Source: Vicugna vicugna
Lineage: Eukaryota
Reading direction: 5' to 3'
Assembly (NCBI GenBank): GCA_013265495.1
Contig: MU063601.1
Coordinates: forward strand, 2,625,214 to 2,689,213
DNA: 64,000 bases
Both the position numbers and the translations under genes were made by a program. Below the pieces are notes generated by a model. It was not told where the DNA came from and ran no database searches. It saw only the letters and a program-made list of their open reading frames with translations. Below are positions 1 through 13,309 of this stretch, one piece after another. How positions within the stretch are numbered: the stretch's first letter is position 1; each line of letters begins with the position of its first letter.

Positions 1-2426
1 TCTTATTTTAAGTTCTGTACAACCCTATGATAGAGCTATTATTTATTATTCCCATATACAGATAAGAACACTGAACTTCTCTGAAAGGTTAAGTGATTTA
101 CCCAAGACCACAGCTACAACTAGAACCAATTTTAACTCCAGGGCTCACACTCCTACCACACCATACACACTGCCCCGGCACCGACAGACTCAAGACAGCT
201 TGCCAGTGTCCCACATCCTGCCTTCACCAATCAGGGCTGAGGCCCAGGGTCAGTAGAAAGCTTTCTTATCCGATTGCACAGTGATTCCAGCCACTGCTAA
301 TCAAAACTAGAATGTCAAGCTTGCAAAGGATCTACTGCTTTCAAAAACATAAAAAATCAGGCGTGGTGAGCTCTTCCCAAATTCCTCATGAGTTCAATGT
401 CTGCTTGGTGAGCAGGACTCAGAACAGTCAGAAAGACTCCACATCTGACTGCGTTTGCATCACCTCCCAATGGGGTGGCTCGATGAAGTCTGATGGCAGA
501 TTCCCTCTCCCCGGCCAGCACAAGGCTGGAAACTGCTAATATTCGTTTCCATGACTCCACCTCCACGTGTCCAAGGAGTCTGTCCCCCTCCTGATATGTT
601 CAGGCCACTGAAGGTACATTTCTCTTCTGTTTCTCCACACTCAGGTCCTACAGTCTAACTCTCAAAGGGGACTCTTACCTTATCAGCCTCAATTTCTAGT
701 GCTTGAGGGCACCTCCCCAGAGGCAGGCATCAAATACTGATGACAATGTTCAATGAAGAAACAAATATAACAGAATATAACCTCCCTGCAGAAAGGACTT
801 TGTTTCTTATTTACAGCTATAATTTCAAAGTCCAGGACAGGGCCTGCAGAGTTATAGGAACTCAGTTATCATTGACTGAACAATGGTGACACATCAGAAA
901 CAGCCGTAACAGTCAACATCAGAGGCTGCTAGACAGAATATACAATCAAAAGAACATCCTGCAGCTGTTAAAAAATATTATAATGATGACAGCTGTCCAA
1001 CTAGATGGCAAAGTGAGTGTGTACACTGAGTAAGCTGGGGGGAGAGAAGAATAAGCACTGTTATTATAATTAAAAATGAATAAAGAAATTAATCCACCAC
1101 ATGTTAACTGATCCACATGAAGTGTGTGCGTGTCCATGCCCATGTCTATATCTACATCTATACATCACAGAAGTTTATGGAGAAGCTTGGAAAGGAACTC
1201 AGAACTTTTAATTAGTCATCTTAGGGTAATGAGGAAATTTCTCTCTTCTAAATGTTTTCTTTATAATGTTTTTATACATAGAATAGAGTTGAGAACAAAC
1301 AACATTTGGAGAGGGGAGGAAGTACTCAGGCTGTATTAAAAAACATGGTTAAACTGCAAAAATCCTCCAAATCTTTTGCTGCTTTAAAAACCAAGATCAG
1401 TTGGAAGCCCTGCCCTAAGAGTGCAGCCACTCCTCTACTTGTAACAGGCAGTTTCTCAGTCTTTGCAAAATTGACTGTTGGGGGTGGCAGCAGGTCATTC
1501 TTTGTCATGGGGACTGTCCTGTGCACTGTAAGATGTTCAGTCGCATCCCTGGCCTCTACTCACTAGATGCCAGTCGTAGCCCTCCCCCAAGTTGTGACAA
1601 CTTAAACTGTCTCCAGGTGTTGCTAATGTCCCCTGCTGAGAACCAATGCTTGGGCCAAAGAATGGAAGATTCTGTGCAAAGAAAGTCTGTCTTACATCTG
1701 AGTGAAAAACCTGCTTGGTGTTGTAAGGGACGGAGGGTTTTCAGCCTAGTGTGACAGGTAACAGTGATGTATTAATAGTCTATTGTGGAGTGCATCATTA
1801 GAAAACTCAGTGTAACAAAAACCCAGGACATTTTTGGAAATTCTGTTTTCTAGCAACTTTGTGTGAATTTTTATACAAGCACTGTTTTATGAATTATATT
1901 AAAATATAAAAATAGAAAAAAATATGAAAAAAAAATTCCGTTCTGTTTGGAGCATTAATTCTTAGCCATTCCCATAGCAGGGGACATTCATAGGAGGTTT
2001 GTAGGTTTCACTGATATAAATAAGGCTAAAACTCGATGTAATTTTTGTCTGCTCAGTTCTTATGAATTCCGTGGATAAATTTTTAACAGCAGCACTACTG
2101 GGCAAAGAGCAGAGACAGTAACTGTGTGCAGCCAAACTGCTTTTCCAGCATTGCTACCAGTGACGTCTGAATGTATCTGCTTTCCCCAGTTAGAGCTCTC
2201 TCCTTAACCAGAAACTTCTGGAGGGGCAAGGTTATATTAGTTCCTCCCTAACACCCAGCACACAGCCTGACAAGTATCAGGCACTCATGATTTGCAGCCT
2301 GAACTGAATCTCCTGGCAGCCTCCCATTCAGCACATAGGCGATGCCCTGATTATCAACAACAGACAAGGCGCATGCAGGTGGGGGTCGGTCCAGAGGCCT
2401 CTGCTCCCCAGCAGTGCAGGACTCAC

Positions 2427-2546
2427 GCTTTAGGGATCGCCACGCTCAGCCGCACTGGTTTAGACCCCAGGCCTACTGCTCCCTGGCACTCTGTCAGGGC
2501 TCGCTTCTGTTCCAGTTCATCTGTGAATTTCACAAAACCATAGCCC
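2427..2546 (-). CDS. TRNAU1AP: TRNAU1AP (SECp43) coding exon 6, RRM2 C-terminal half
   Basis: 120 nt, cag acceptor (2547-2549) and gtgagt donor (2421-2426); encodes [40 protein letters not shown], as recalled for the human protein. Exons 7-9 lie beyond the window start. Confidence 0.96.
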
Positions 2547-3545
2547 CTGCAGGGGGAAAAATAAACAACCCACACTATTTAGAACACAAATGTGATGAAG
2601 GTAAAGTCTAAGACTGGGAAAGGGGCTGAGAAGGGAGAGAGTCTATCAAACGACGTGTGAGAGCCCCATCAGTGGAGGGGTGCCATAGAGCTACCCTAGA
2701 TTCAGGCACAGGAGGATCCTGAGATCTCTAGGAACCCCGACTTTCACTTCACCAGTCTCCTTCATGCTGTCTTGATGGGGCTTTTTCCCAAATAGTAGCT
2801 TCCCTCCCATCTACCGGCAAATACTAGTAGGAGCAGTAGCAGTAACAGTCACAGAAGGTCAGTCAGCAAATATTTACCAAGTCTGCCCTGTGTGCCAGGT
2901 GTTACACCTGGCCCTGGGACTCAGCAATTACAAGCAGACGAGGTTCTGTTCTCCTGAACTCACATTCTACTTGGGGGATAAATGAATGATGGCTAACACT
3001 CAATGAGCATTTCTTTCATCTGTGCTGAGCATCTTTCCATGGTTAACTCACCGAACTATCCCACAGCTTGATGAAGGGGGTACCCACATTTTAGTGAAGA
3101 CAGAATCAAAGTTCAGAGAGGTTTACTAACTTGCCCAAAGTCATAGTGGAAGCAGGATTCAAATTCAAAGCTCAAGCTCATAACTACAACTCAGATCAAG
3201 AATGACCCTCTCGTGAGGTCTTTCTACTTCTAAAGTAACAATAATAAATAAAAGAGGAAACACCTAAAAAGCATTTCCTATTGCTTTATTTATATTACAT
3301 CACTTAATCCTTATGCCACCCCCTGAGAGATACAGATACTACTGATCAGTCCCATTTCACAGATGAGGAAACAGGGTCAGAGGTTCAGTTACTCGTCTGT
3401 GGCATAAGCCCTGGGCAGCACTGAAGCTGGGATTCACACCAGGCAGTTTGGCTCCAAAGCCTGTGCTCTTAACCACCGTGCAGCATGGCCTCACTACACC
3501 ATCCCCTTTTCTGGGAAAAATGCTGCAACCAACAGGGTAGGCATC

Positions 3546-3701
3546 NNNNNNNNNNNNNNNNNNNNNNNNNNNNNNNNNNNNNNNNNNNNNNNNNNNNNNN
3601 NNNNNNNNNNNNNNNNNNNNNNNNNNNNNNNNNNNNNNNNNNNNNNNNNNNNNNNNNNNNNNNNNNNNNNNNNNNNNNNNNNNNNNNNNNNNNNNNNNNN
3701 N
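3546..3701 (-). other. TRNAU1AP: Assembly gap (156 N) probably containing TRNAU1AP exon 5 (~132 nt)
   Basis: The SPEYSLFVGDLTPDV... exon is not visible between exons 4 and 6; this is the only gap there, is large enough, and on the minus strand is immediately preceded by a polypyrimidine tract (ttctttgtctctgaatttcgctttctcttct). Confidence 0.7.
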
Positions 3702-4684
3702 AGAAGAGAAAGCGAAATTCAGAGACAAAGAACAAAACTTTTGCTCTTAGCCCATTCTAGTAAATCTTTTCTAGGTCTTCTTAGAGAACAACCTCTGATG
3801 GGTCCTAATTTGTTTCACTTGGCAGTCCTGGCAGAAGAGTTACGGAAGGAGTCCCCTGTCCCAAATCCCTCACCCACTGAATAAAGCCTTTCTAGCTTCA
3901 AGCATTACAGGAGTGCAGATAGAGGGCAGGGCTAGAGGTGCTCAAAGGATAAAACCAGATATTCTGTCTATTTTTAATTCAAATGGTGAAAGACAGAGAG
4001 AATAACTGGACCTTCTCTCCTAAAGATGAGCTAAAATGAAATCTCTCAACTTTGAGGACAGAGGTCAGTAACTTCACAGAAACTTTTTCTGTGAAGGGCC
4101 AGATAGTAAATATTTTAGGCTTTGTGGGGACACCTCTGGCCTCTGTCGCATGCACTCTACCACCATGCACCCTCCCCACAGAATATTATTCTTTTTAATT
4201 TTTATTTTGTGTGGAAGTAGACTACGTCGAATATTGTAATATGTCAATGAACACTCTTGATGTTAATCTTTATACACATCCACGAATAAGTTCTGAAAAG
4301 TAGAATGACAAGTTCAATGGCCACAAATCTATCTAAAGCATTTGATACATTGTTTTAAACCTTTCAAATAGCGATCTTAAATGCTAAATCAATTTATGTT
4401 GCTACAACAGGTCAGTTCTTACCTAATAAAATACCAGTACTGTGGGCAGTAACGGGGCTGGCGGAGGGACCAAATATAGAGACGACATGGGACTTGACAA
4501 GAAGCATCCTGGGAGGGGTCCACCAATGGGTGTGGGGGATGTCATCTTTCAGAAGGGAGGTAAAATGGGGCCAAACTCAGCTCCCCATCTCCCTCTTTGG
4601 GAATGACAGACACAGTGACACATCTTGTCTCTATCTAGACATTTCCTGGGGCTTGAAGCTAACTTAGGGCTACTCTGTACTTAC

Positions 4685-4737
4685 CTGTTGTCTGGTTGTT
4701 TCCCATAAGTGGCATAGTTCAGTTTAAAACGTTTTGC
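4685..4737 (-). CDS. TRNAU1AP: TRNAU1AP coding exon 4
   Basis: 53 nt, cag acceptor (4738-4740) after a T-rich tract, gtaa donor; encodes AKRFKLNYATYGKQPDN(S). Confidence 0.96.
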
Positions 4738-4795
4738 CTGGGAATTTAAAAACAAACAAACTAAAACAGAGAAAGGTGTTTCAAGAGTCAAACAA

Positions 4796-5469
4796 NNNNN
4801 NNNNNNNNNNNNNNNNNNNNNNNNNNNNNNNNNNNNNNNNNNNNNNNNNNNNNNNNNNNNNNNNNNNNNNNNNNNNNNNNNNNNNNNNNNNNNNNNNNNN
4901 NNNNNNNNNNNNNNNNNNNNNNNNNNNNNNNNNNNNNNNNNNNNNNNNNNNNNNNNNNNNNNNNNNNNNNNNNNNNNNNNNNNNNNNNNNNNNNNNNNNN
5001 GAAACGTGTCCTTACTGCTGCCAGCCTGTTCTACTTTCTCAATCAAGCAAGCGGTCTAGAGTTTCAAGTCTTCCATTAAGGGAGGCAGCGGTGCAGAGTG
5101 GAAAGGGCATGGATTTTAGAGGCAACCAATCTTTAGTCTGCATCCTGGCTCTGCCACTACCTGTGTTGCCTTGGGCAAGTTATTCCATTTCCCTGAGCTT
5201 CAGTTTCCTGGTCTGTCAAAGATAACAATGCCTACTGTTCAGTGTTGTGATAGGATTAAATACAGTAAGTATACAGTAGGGACTCAATAAATGACAGTTA
5301 TCAATGACAATAAAAATGGCAACTTCATGNNNNNNNNNNNNNNNNNNNNNNNNNNNNNNNNNNNNNNNNNNNNNNNNNNNNNNNNNNNNNNNNNNNNNNN
5401 NNNNNNNNNNNNNNNNNNNNNNNNNNNNNNNNNNNNNNNNNNNNNNNNNNNNNNNNNNNNNNNNNNNNN
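4796..5469 (-). other. TRNAU1AP: Two assembly gaps (4796-5000 and 5330-5469), one probably hiding TRNAU1AP exon 3 (~100 nt)
   Basis: The IPAGYCFVEFADL...GATP exon was not found by eye between 4738 and 10017; both gaps are large enough. Which one cannot be decided. Confidence 0.5.
5080..5310. mobile_element. MIR SINE (one of many; others near 60-140, 3290-3480, 11700-11920, 19280-19440, 22770-22970, 35100-35340, 48290-48440, 58200-58370, 60600-60710)
   Basis: MIR core: ctctgccactacctgtgttgccttgggcaagtta...ctgagcttcagtttcct...gtcaaa...aggattaaa. Confidence 0.75.
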
Positions 5470-5910
5470 TAAACTGTTAAAAGATGTGATATCTATGTCT
5501 TTTCGCATTAGAGTTCCCTCCAGATATATAACCAGAAATGGGATTGCTGGATCATATGGTAAGTTTATGTTTAGTTCTTTGAGGAATCTCCATACTGTTT
5601 TCCATAATGGCTGCACTACATTTCCACCAGCAGTGTAGGGGAGTTTCCTTTTCTCTACATCCTCTTCAGCATTTATTGTTCATGGAATTTTGAATGATGG
5701 CCATTCTGACTGGTATAAGGTGATACCTCATTGTAGTTTTGATTTGCATTACTCTGATAATTAGTGATACTGAATATTTTTTCATGTCTATTGGCCATTC
5801 CTATGTCTTCATTGGAGAAATACTTGTTTAGGTCTTCTGCCCATTTTTAGATTGAGTTGTTTGTTTTTTTATTAAGTTGTACGAGCTGTTTATATATTCT
5901 GGAAATTACT
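5470..5910 (-). mobile_element. L1 ORF2 3' fragment
   Basis: Minus-strand translation QPLWKTVWRFLKELNINLPYDPAIP is the L1 ORF2 C-terminus. Confidence 0.9.
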
Positions 5911-6320
5911 GACTGTACTTCAGTTAAAAAAAAAAAAAAGATGTGCTATCCAGATGGGAGACTGAGTCTGGGCCTGAAGGGAAGGAAAAATGTTTTCCTA
6001 ATCATACCCTGTACTGTTTTTGCTCCCTGCCATAATCCAGTTCAGAATTTACAAACCTGAGTATAAGGACTGCCAATTTAGGCCAGTCCCAGACTCATTT
6101 ATTTATGTATTGTATCACCTAAGAAGTACTTTTGCCAAAAATGTTTAATGCAATCCAATGAAACCTTTAGATCTAATGTCCAGTTTTCAGGAAATATTAG
6201 GAACAAAATAAGTAAACCACCACCACAAGGAAACAAATAAATCCAGAAAGCAGGACCAGAATCCAGAATGTAGAACCTTGTATGAAACAATTAATCTGAC
6301 CTCTTTAAAAAGTCAGTGTT

Positions 6321-6518
6321 GGGGGGGAGTGTATAGCTCAAGTGGTAGAGTGTGTGTTTGGCATGCACAGGGTTCTGGGTTCAATCCCCAGTACCTCCTC
6401 CAAAAATAAATAAATAAATACATACATACATACATACCCTAATTATCTGCCCTCTGCCAAAAAAAGCTAAATAAATAAATAAAGTCATCAAGAAAATGTA
6501 AAGAAAAACAAATTTTAA
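6321..6518 (+). mobile_element. tRNA-derived camelid-type SINE (Vic-1-like) with 14-nt TSD
   Basis: GGGGGGAGTGTATAGCTCAAGTGGTAGAG...GGTTCAATCCCCAGTACCTCC, (TAAA)n/(TACA)n, cctaatta tail; aaaaagtcagtgtt duplicated at 6307-6320 and 6519-6532. Confidence 0.88.
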
Positions 6519-6559
6519 AAAAAGTCAGTGTTAAGAGAAAAGAAAGAAGTGGGCTTTTC

Positions 6560-7000
6560 TACATTAAAAAAAGGACAAAAAAACTAAATGCAATGGAGAA
6601 TCTGATCTCTGGATCCTAATTCATTAAAAAACAAATAAAAGCTATAAAAATATTCTGGGCAGAATTATAAAAATTTAAATGTAGACTGGCCATTGTGTGA
6701 TATTAGGGAATCATTGTTAATTCTGTTAGTGTGATATGAGCATTGTGGTTATGTAACAGAATGCCCAGGGATTGGCAATGTACACTCAAATATTTAGCGG
6801 TGAAATGTCTCAATGCCTGTAATTTACTTTCATGGTTCAGGAAAGAGAAAGTGTCTACCTACCTAAATCTATCCTTATTGACAGATAGGTAAGGAAAATA
6901 TGGCAATATGTTACCAATTTTTGAAATTAGGTGGTAGCTCTATGAGAGTTCATTATGCTATTCTTTGAAGATTTGTTTTAAATTTTTCATAATTAGAAAG
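6560..7000 (+). mobile_element. Old L1 (L1ME-like) 3' fragment
   Basis: Degenerate L1 3'UTR-like motifs (gtagactgg...gatattagggaatcattgttaatt, ggttcattatgctattct); family from memory. Confidence 0.55.
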
Positions 7001-7699
7001 GTTTTTTGATCACATTTCACAGGCCAGGCTGATACAGAGTTAAAGAATGTGGTTCCTATGCTTAAGAAACTTACAATCTAGTTGGACAAAGTAAATCCAT
7101 AGGCCTTACCTAACTGGGGGATGTCTGTGCGATTCCTGGTGTTCTGTTTTTTAAAGCATCACTAAGAAACATGAGTAGGAGGAAGTGGCTAAACCCTGAC
7201 ATCCTTTCCTACTTAAGAGATTTACACTGAAAACATTTAATTTCCCTTAACATCAGCCTTAAAGCTATCACCAGTAAAATAAACCAAACTTTTCTGGAAA
7301 TATTCAGTGCAGATAACCCTACAGACACCCAGCCAAGAAGGTACAGGCAAGAGCAGTAACTGAGCCCAAGGATCTCAGAAGACAGTCTAAGAGTTCCATA
7401 AGTGTTTGCTGATGCTTAGAAGAATGGCTGGCCATTCTGTGCCTTCTGTCTTGTGTGTGCTAGAATCTTACGGCTCACAGATGTAAAGACCACCACCAGT
7501 AAGAGCTGAGCATTACTGAGCCAAACACTGCTGGCCACCTCACCTGTACCCCTCATCTACTCCTCATGGAACTCTATGAGGGAATGAAACTATCCCTCCC
7601 AGTCAGGTATGGAGACCGAGACCTAGGATTTTACAAGATGCCTTAACCCACACAGCTGGTGTGTGCTGAAGCTCGAAGCTGGGACTTGAATCAGGGTAG

Positions 7700-8700
7700 T
7701 CTGACCACATTCTTTCTGCAATACTTTACTATGAAAACTTCCAAATATAAAAACTGAAGGAATTGTACAGCAAACACCACATATATGTACATACATACAC
7801 ATACACAGCCTACCCTTCAATTAACAGTTTTTTAGATATATGCATTTCCATGTTTATTGTAGTTCACAATAGTAAAGACATTCTATTAACACTTTATCAG
7901 CCTTATTTTATCACATAGCTATTCATCTATCCATGCCTCCACCCATTTATCATTCTTATTTTCTGATACATTTTGAGGTTGCAGATATTGGTGTACTTCC
8001 CTCAATTACTTTAACATGCTTATTGACTAGAGTTCAATAACTTAATTTTTTTTCCCTTTTAAGGTTAAATTTACATGCAATGACATGTACAAATTCTCCC
8101 AGAGGCTGAGTTATTTCCATCACAGATTAATTTTCTGTATTTTAGAATTTTAAATAAATGGAATCATATATTAACACCTCTTTCACTTAGCGCCATGCCT
8201 TTAAGATTCATTCGTGTTGTCACTATATTAGCAGTATGTCTCTTTTTATTGCTAAGTTATTCTATTGTATGAATATACCAATATTTATTTATCTGTGAAT
8301 ACCTGGGTTGCAGTTTTGGGCCACTGTCCAAATGCGTTATGCACATTCTTTTTCAAGACCTTTTCTTTGGTAGATGCATATTTCCATTTCTCTTGGGTGA
8401 ATATCTAGGACTAGACTTGCTGGACCATATGGGAAATGTATATGAGAAATTGCCAGACACTTGCTCCAAGGGGCTGTACCATTTTATAATCCCACCAGTG
8501 ATGAATGACAGATGTGGCTGCTCCACATGTGATGCATTCTTTTTTTTAATCTTTGTTGAATTTTTAAAATTGTGGTTAAATATACATAACACAAAATGTG
8601 TCATTTTAACCATTTTAAGTGTACAGTTCTATTAAGTACATTCACACTGTTGTGCAACCAATGACTGCATTCTTAAACACTTTGCTCTATTGCATATTAT
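7700..8700 (-). mobile_element. Fragmented old L1 (L1M) copies
   Basis: aaatggaatcata..., ttcctttctcttgggtgaatatctagga, gtgtacagttct...cattcacactgttgtgcaacc are antisense L1 3' motifs. Confidence 0.65.
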
Positions 8701-10017
8701 TTTTCCTTGTGTCTTTTCTTATTCCCCTATCTTCTCTGTTCTTGGTTTTTAATTTACATTTATTTATTTTACAGTATTCTTATAACCCACTTCAAAGTCT
8801 TTGTCACATGAGGCAGAATAAGTAAATGTAATATGTCTGTAACTGCCATCATTAAGACACAGCTAGAGTTTAGTAATCAAGTGCAGGAAACAATAATTCC
8901 AATTCTTATTTCAATTAAGATGAAAATGTGAGAACCTATGTCAGTGTTTTAAAAAGTAGAACATATTACAGAAAGTCTTTTCACACCAGTAGCTGATGTG
9001 AAACCAGTAGGGTTTTCCATCTACAAGAACAAGAGGAAAAATATTTAGGCCAGCATGATCTACTAGTCAGAAAATCTGTCCCTGGGTACAGGGGTTCTGA
9101 ATATACAAAGTACCTGTTCACCACAGGGCCAGAGTTGGCCATATATTGTATCTCTCATCTCTATTTTTCAACTATTTGACATTGTAGCAAGCTGCTTTAG
9201 TACTTGGCACAGAGTAGATGCTTCGCAAACACTGTCAAATTGATAAAGGAATCCTGTTATTTCTAACTAGGAAACCTAAGACCTTAAAAAAGAGAAATAA
9301 GAAACTGGAGGCAACAGAGCACCACTAGCTGAAAATACACTCTGCATTTTGCTGTTTACATATTTATTGTCTCATTCCATTAGACTGTAGTAAATTCCAC
9401 GAGGGGACAGACTGGCTTGTTTCAGTCATGTACCTCGGAGATCTAAAACAGTGGCACATAGTCCTGTCCCCATAGCCTTAAGGGCACTCATGAGCTTTGA
9501 GAAAAGACCTGACTTAGAGTCCTGGCTTCCCAATTAAAAGCTGTGTAACTTTAAAAGTTATTAAGCTTCTCTAATAATAGTACTTAGCTCAGAGGTTTTT
9601 GTGATTTTAAAGTGCTTATTACCTAGTAAATCATAATGTTTTTATACTATATGCCAGGCAACTGCTCTAAATGCTGAATTCGAATTAACTCGCATTTAAT
9701 CTTGACCAGAACTCTATGAGGCAGGCGCAATTATTATCTCCATTTTTATAGTCAAGGTGAAGGAGAGAGGTTAAGTAACTTGCCTGGTTACGGTTACACA
9801 GCAGACAGAGCTTTCAAACCCTGACTGGCTTCAGAGTCCAGTCCTTAAGCAATATGCTATGCTTCCTCTCAGTAAACCCCCAAATGTTAGTTTATATCAT
9901 TATAATAACGGTTACTAGGGGTGAGAAGCTCTGACTACGATGTTTACCTTCTCCTGAATGACACTTGCAGCACGATTTATTAAGGGAGAAGTGAGAGGAT
10001 GGAAGGAGAGAACATAC

Positions 10018-10115
10018 CCAGTGAGGCGGTTTCGGATAATTTTGACGCTCATCACGGTCTCCCCCATGGTGGCAAAGGCTCTGGAGATGAAGTTCTCATC
10101 CATGTAGGGCTCCAG
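10018..10115 (-). CDS. TRNAU1AP: TRNAU1AP coding exon 2
   Basis: 98 nt, cag acceptor, gtatgt donor; encodes [33 protein letters not shown] (RRM1). Confidence 0.97.
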
Positions 10116-10179
10116 CTGCGTAAATACAAGAGCAGAGCAGCTCAAGGCCAGCATCCAGGCTCCTCATTCCTGGATCCGG

Positions 10180-10930
10180 GGCCCCTCCTGGTCAGCCCAG
10201 GGTCGGCGGCACGCTGCGGGCCGGAGCGGTGTGGGGGTGAAGAATTTCCATCTGCCGAGTGATCTGAACCCCAACTTCTGCGTCCCAATCCCTTGCCTTC
10301 CTTCTCTTCAAATTTGCTCCTTTTAGGGAGCCTTCCTCATGGACTCAGGAACTCCATCCCTTCAGTCCTGGAACCAAGGCGCCCTTCAATCTTTGGGATT
10401 CTTCCCATTCTATCCGCCCAAAGAACCTCCCTTTCCCGTCTGTGAACCCGAGGGGGGCCCCACGACGCGTCCCCCTCAGACTCAGCCCCTTCACCTAGAT
10501 GCTGGAGCTCGCTTTGGCGTCTCCTGAAAGAACTCCCCTCCCCATTCACTTTCACTCTTTTGGTATCCCGGGAACGCCCCCATCCCGTCCCTTTCTTCTC
10601 GTGACACTAAAATTCCTCCTCCGCAGACCCGGGCGGCCGTGCTCACTCACGTCACCCATCCATAGGCTGGCCGCCATGCCCGAAGCCCCGCCAGGCCTTT
10701 GCCGGCCACCCTGGAGGGCGCGGTGGCTAGTCAGCGGGGCCGGGATCTCCACGGAGCATGCGCCTCCGACGCTTTCTGCGCACGCTCCGCAACTCGGCGC
10801 CCAGGGCCGCGCCTGCGTGCCGCTCAGGCTTTTTCCGGATCCGCGAGGGCGGGGCTCAGACGGGGGCCAGCGGGGTGGGGCGGGGCGGGCGCCGCCTCGC
10901 GCTGGACCTTGGGTGGCGCGGCTGATTGGC
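10180..10930 (-). promoter_or_regulatory. TRNAU1AP: TRNAU1AP CpG-island promoter
   Basis: CpG-dense; CCAAT box (attgg on + near 10924), GC boxes gggcggggcgggc (~10877-10890), NRF1-like gcatgcgc (~10755) upstream of the ATG. Confidence 0.8.
10651..10677 (-). CDS. TRNAU1AP: TRNAU1AP coding part of exon 1 (start codon)
   Basis: ggcATGG start at 10677, encodes MAASLWMGD, followed by gtgagt donor; lies in a CpG island. Confidence 0.96.
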
Positions 10931-13309
10931 TTTCTCAAGTTTCTTTCTGACTTTATTTAAACACACACGTACATATAAAATTACAAAAGTAGTATATGCT
11001 CATTGTAAAAAATGGCAAATATAAGCACATTTAAAAAAAAAGTGAAAGATCCCCTTTGGGAGCCTGAACGATCCAGTTTCACTGTGTGCCCTCGAGCAGT
11101 TTACTGACTGACCGGTCCATCCCAGCCACCCCTTCACCCCGCGTTTCCCAGTTTGCAAGGCTTATGTGTGATTTCTGTTGAAGCTGGAATGGGGTTCTTC
11201 CATCATTCCCGTGTATAGCCTTAGGACGCGGGGAGGGGAGGGTTAAAGGGAGGGTAAATTCTATCACCTCAACTAATCAGTCCCCAAGCCTTGTTACTCT
11301 TTCATGCATCCCATCTCCTTGCACGGACCCAAACCTCCAGGAGCTCGTCAGTCCCAGAACAGTGACCTGCCATCGAAGGCCCTCAGTAAACACGATTTGA
11401 TGATTAGATAACCCAGACGGTTTGACTTCCTAGTCCGGGTGTCCCTGTTTGATGCCCATTTCTCGGAATGTGAAGCTTCCCTAGGTGATTGTCATCTCCG
11501 ACAGTGAAGCCCCTCCCAAATGCTTGAGGACCCGTTTCCTGGGCTCCCTTTGCGCTAATGGGCCAGTAATGCCCTTCCACGTCAGTTTACACATCCCAAG
11601 CTTGGGGTGTTGGGCCCCAAAGTCAACCACTTACGGTCTAAGACCTAACCATGGTCTTGAGATCCAACCATGAAGTGCCAAATTTCCAGCTTTATCTGAT
11701 TCACTGCAGTAGTAGTGTAGTGGTTAGGTGCTTTGGCTATAGATTTGAACAAATGGGAGCCCAAATCCCAGTCCCCTTTAATTATTTTGGCAAGTTATTT
11801 AAACTCTCTGAGTTTAAATGTGGGTAATAGCAGTGCTTACCTCATACCATGTTTGTTGTGAAGAGAAAATGAGAAGTTGGGAAAGCACTTGGCCCAAAGC
11901 TTGGCATCCAGTAAGTTGTCCAACATGGCAGTTGAAGGCATTCAAGTTATAACTGAGAACAATTTACTTAATACTATTTGCCAGCCCGTGTGCTTTGCTC
12001 TTTGTTTACTATTTTTTTAATTGATTTTACTTGTGGAAGACTTTCAAATTATTTATTTTTAATTTAGAATGTAAGCTTCATCAGAAAGGATTCCTTGTTC
12101 ACTTTGTTTCTAATCAAATTCCCAAAACAGTATTGGGAACAGGGTAGAAACTGAAAAAAAAAATTGAATTTATGTCACAATCAATAAACAGCTGTCCCTT
12201 ACCCCCATCTATCCCTACTCCCAACTCCTAGTCCCTTGAAGCAAACTTCCAAATCTTCCCCCTAAAATTTGCATATTTTTAAGTAACATTTCTCATTTGT
12301 AGCTACAGATATTTGAGGGACTGCCCCTCATACACAGTTTTCCATCTTCTGATCATAATTTCTGCCAAAACAATATTGAACATTTACATTATTATGACTT
12401 TGTAAATATTATTTATAGCTGAGCCACATGGGGTTGATTACATTTGCCTGCGGTAACCAATCCAGGTTGGAGGATAGGGGAAATCATAAAATTGAGAGTA
12501 CCTGTGTTTGAACACAAAAAAGCTCCTGAGACATTGGCAATGAATTAATGATACTTATACCAAAAAACTAAGCATGTGAAAAACAAGGCAGTTATTAAAC
12601 ACAGGGGAGTAAAAAATGTGCAATAGTCATAATAGCAGAGACGTACAGAGCATTTACTATGTGCCTGACACTGTTCTAATACATGTAAAGCACCTACAGA
12701 GAGCTTTATAACTCTTACGTGCAATACAAGGAAAAGGAATTGAAGTTCTGGTCTTGGGTGGAGGCTGATTTAAATTCCAGCCTAGTCTGTGCACTTGGTA
12801 GTTTCTGGGCCTCAAATGAGTCACTTGAACTCTCAGGGACTATTTCCTGAGGGACAGCAATTCCTATTTCACAGGGCTGATGTGAGGATTTAATGGGCTA
12901 TTACAGTATGTAAAGTGCTCAGCACAATGCCTGGTTTTAAGTCCCAACCCACAAGGGCTGTTATTAAGGATAGGGTACTTTCAACCTGCTATATTGTCAA
13001 AGGGAAAATTTCAGTACATCTAAGCCAAATGGATTTTTTGGGGGAGTAGGCGTCAGGGAAGAACAGACAGACAAGTGCTCTTTTACAAAGAAAACATTAA
13101 AATCAGAAGTGTGATTTTTCCCCCTTCTAAGAAGTCAACTTCTAATCAGTACAGTACCTGCATCAAAACTAAAACTTCAAGAAAAAAACAATCACAGGAT
13201 ACATTTTAAATTATTTTACATCATATTCATTTTTTCAAGAGCCACTGACATCCAAAAATCTTCCTGGCACTAATAAAACTTGCCTGCTGTACATATACAG
13301 ACCTTCTAC

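Noticed and set aside
3357-5638. ORFs containing long X runs (also at 23815-24096 and 52898-53157)
   Set aside because: Created by N gaps, which contain no stop codons.
6321-6400. tRNA-Ala-like heads (also 33040-33119, 40092, 41117, 42050) as tRNA genes
   Set aside because: They continue into SINE tails with TSDs and lack a full cloverleaf 3' acceptor arm; SINEs, not tRNAs.
10499-10960. 153 aa (+) and 128 aa (-) ORFs
   Set aside because: CpG-island artefacts; only MAASLWMGD (10677-10651) is real coding sequence.
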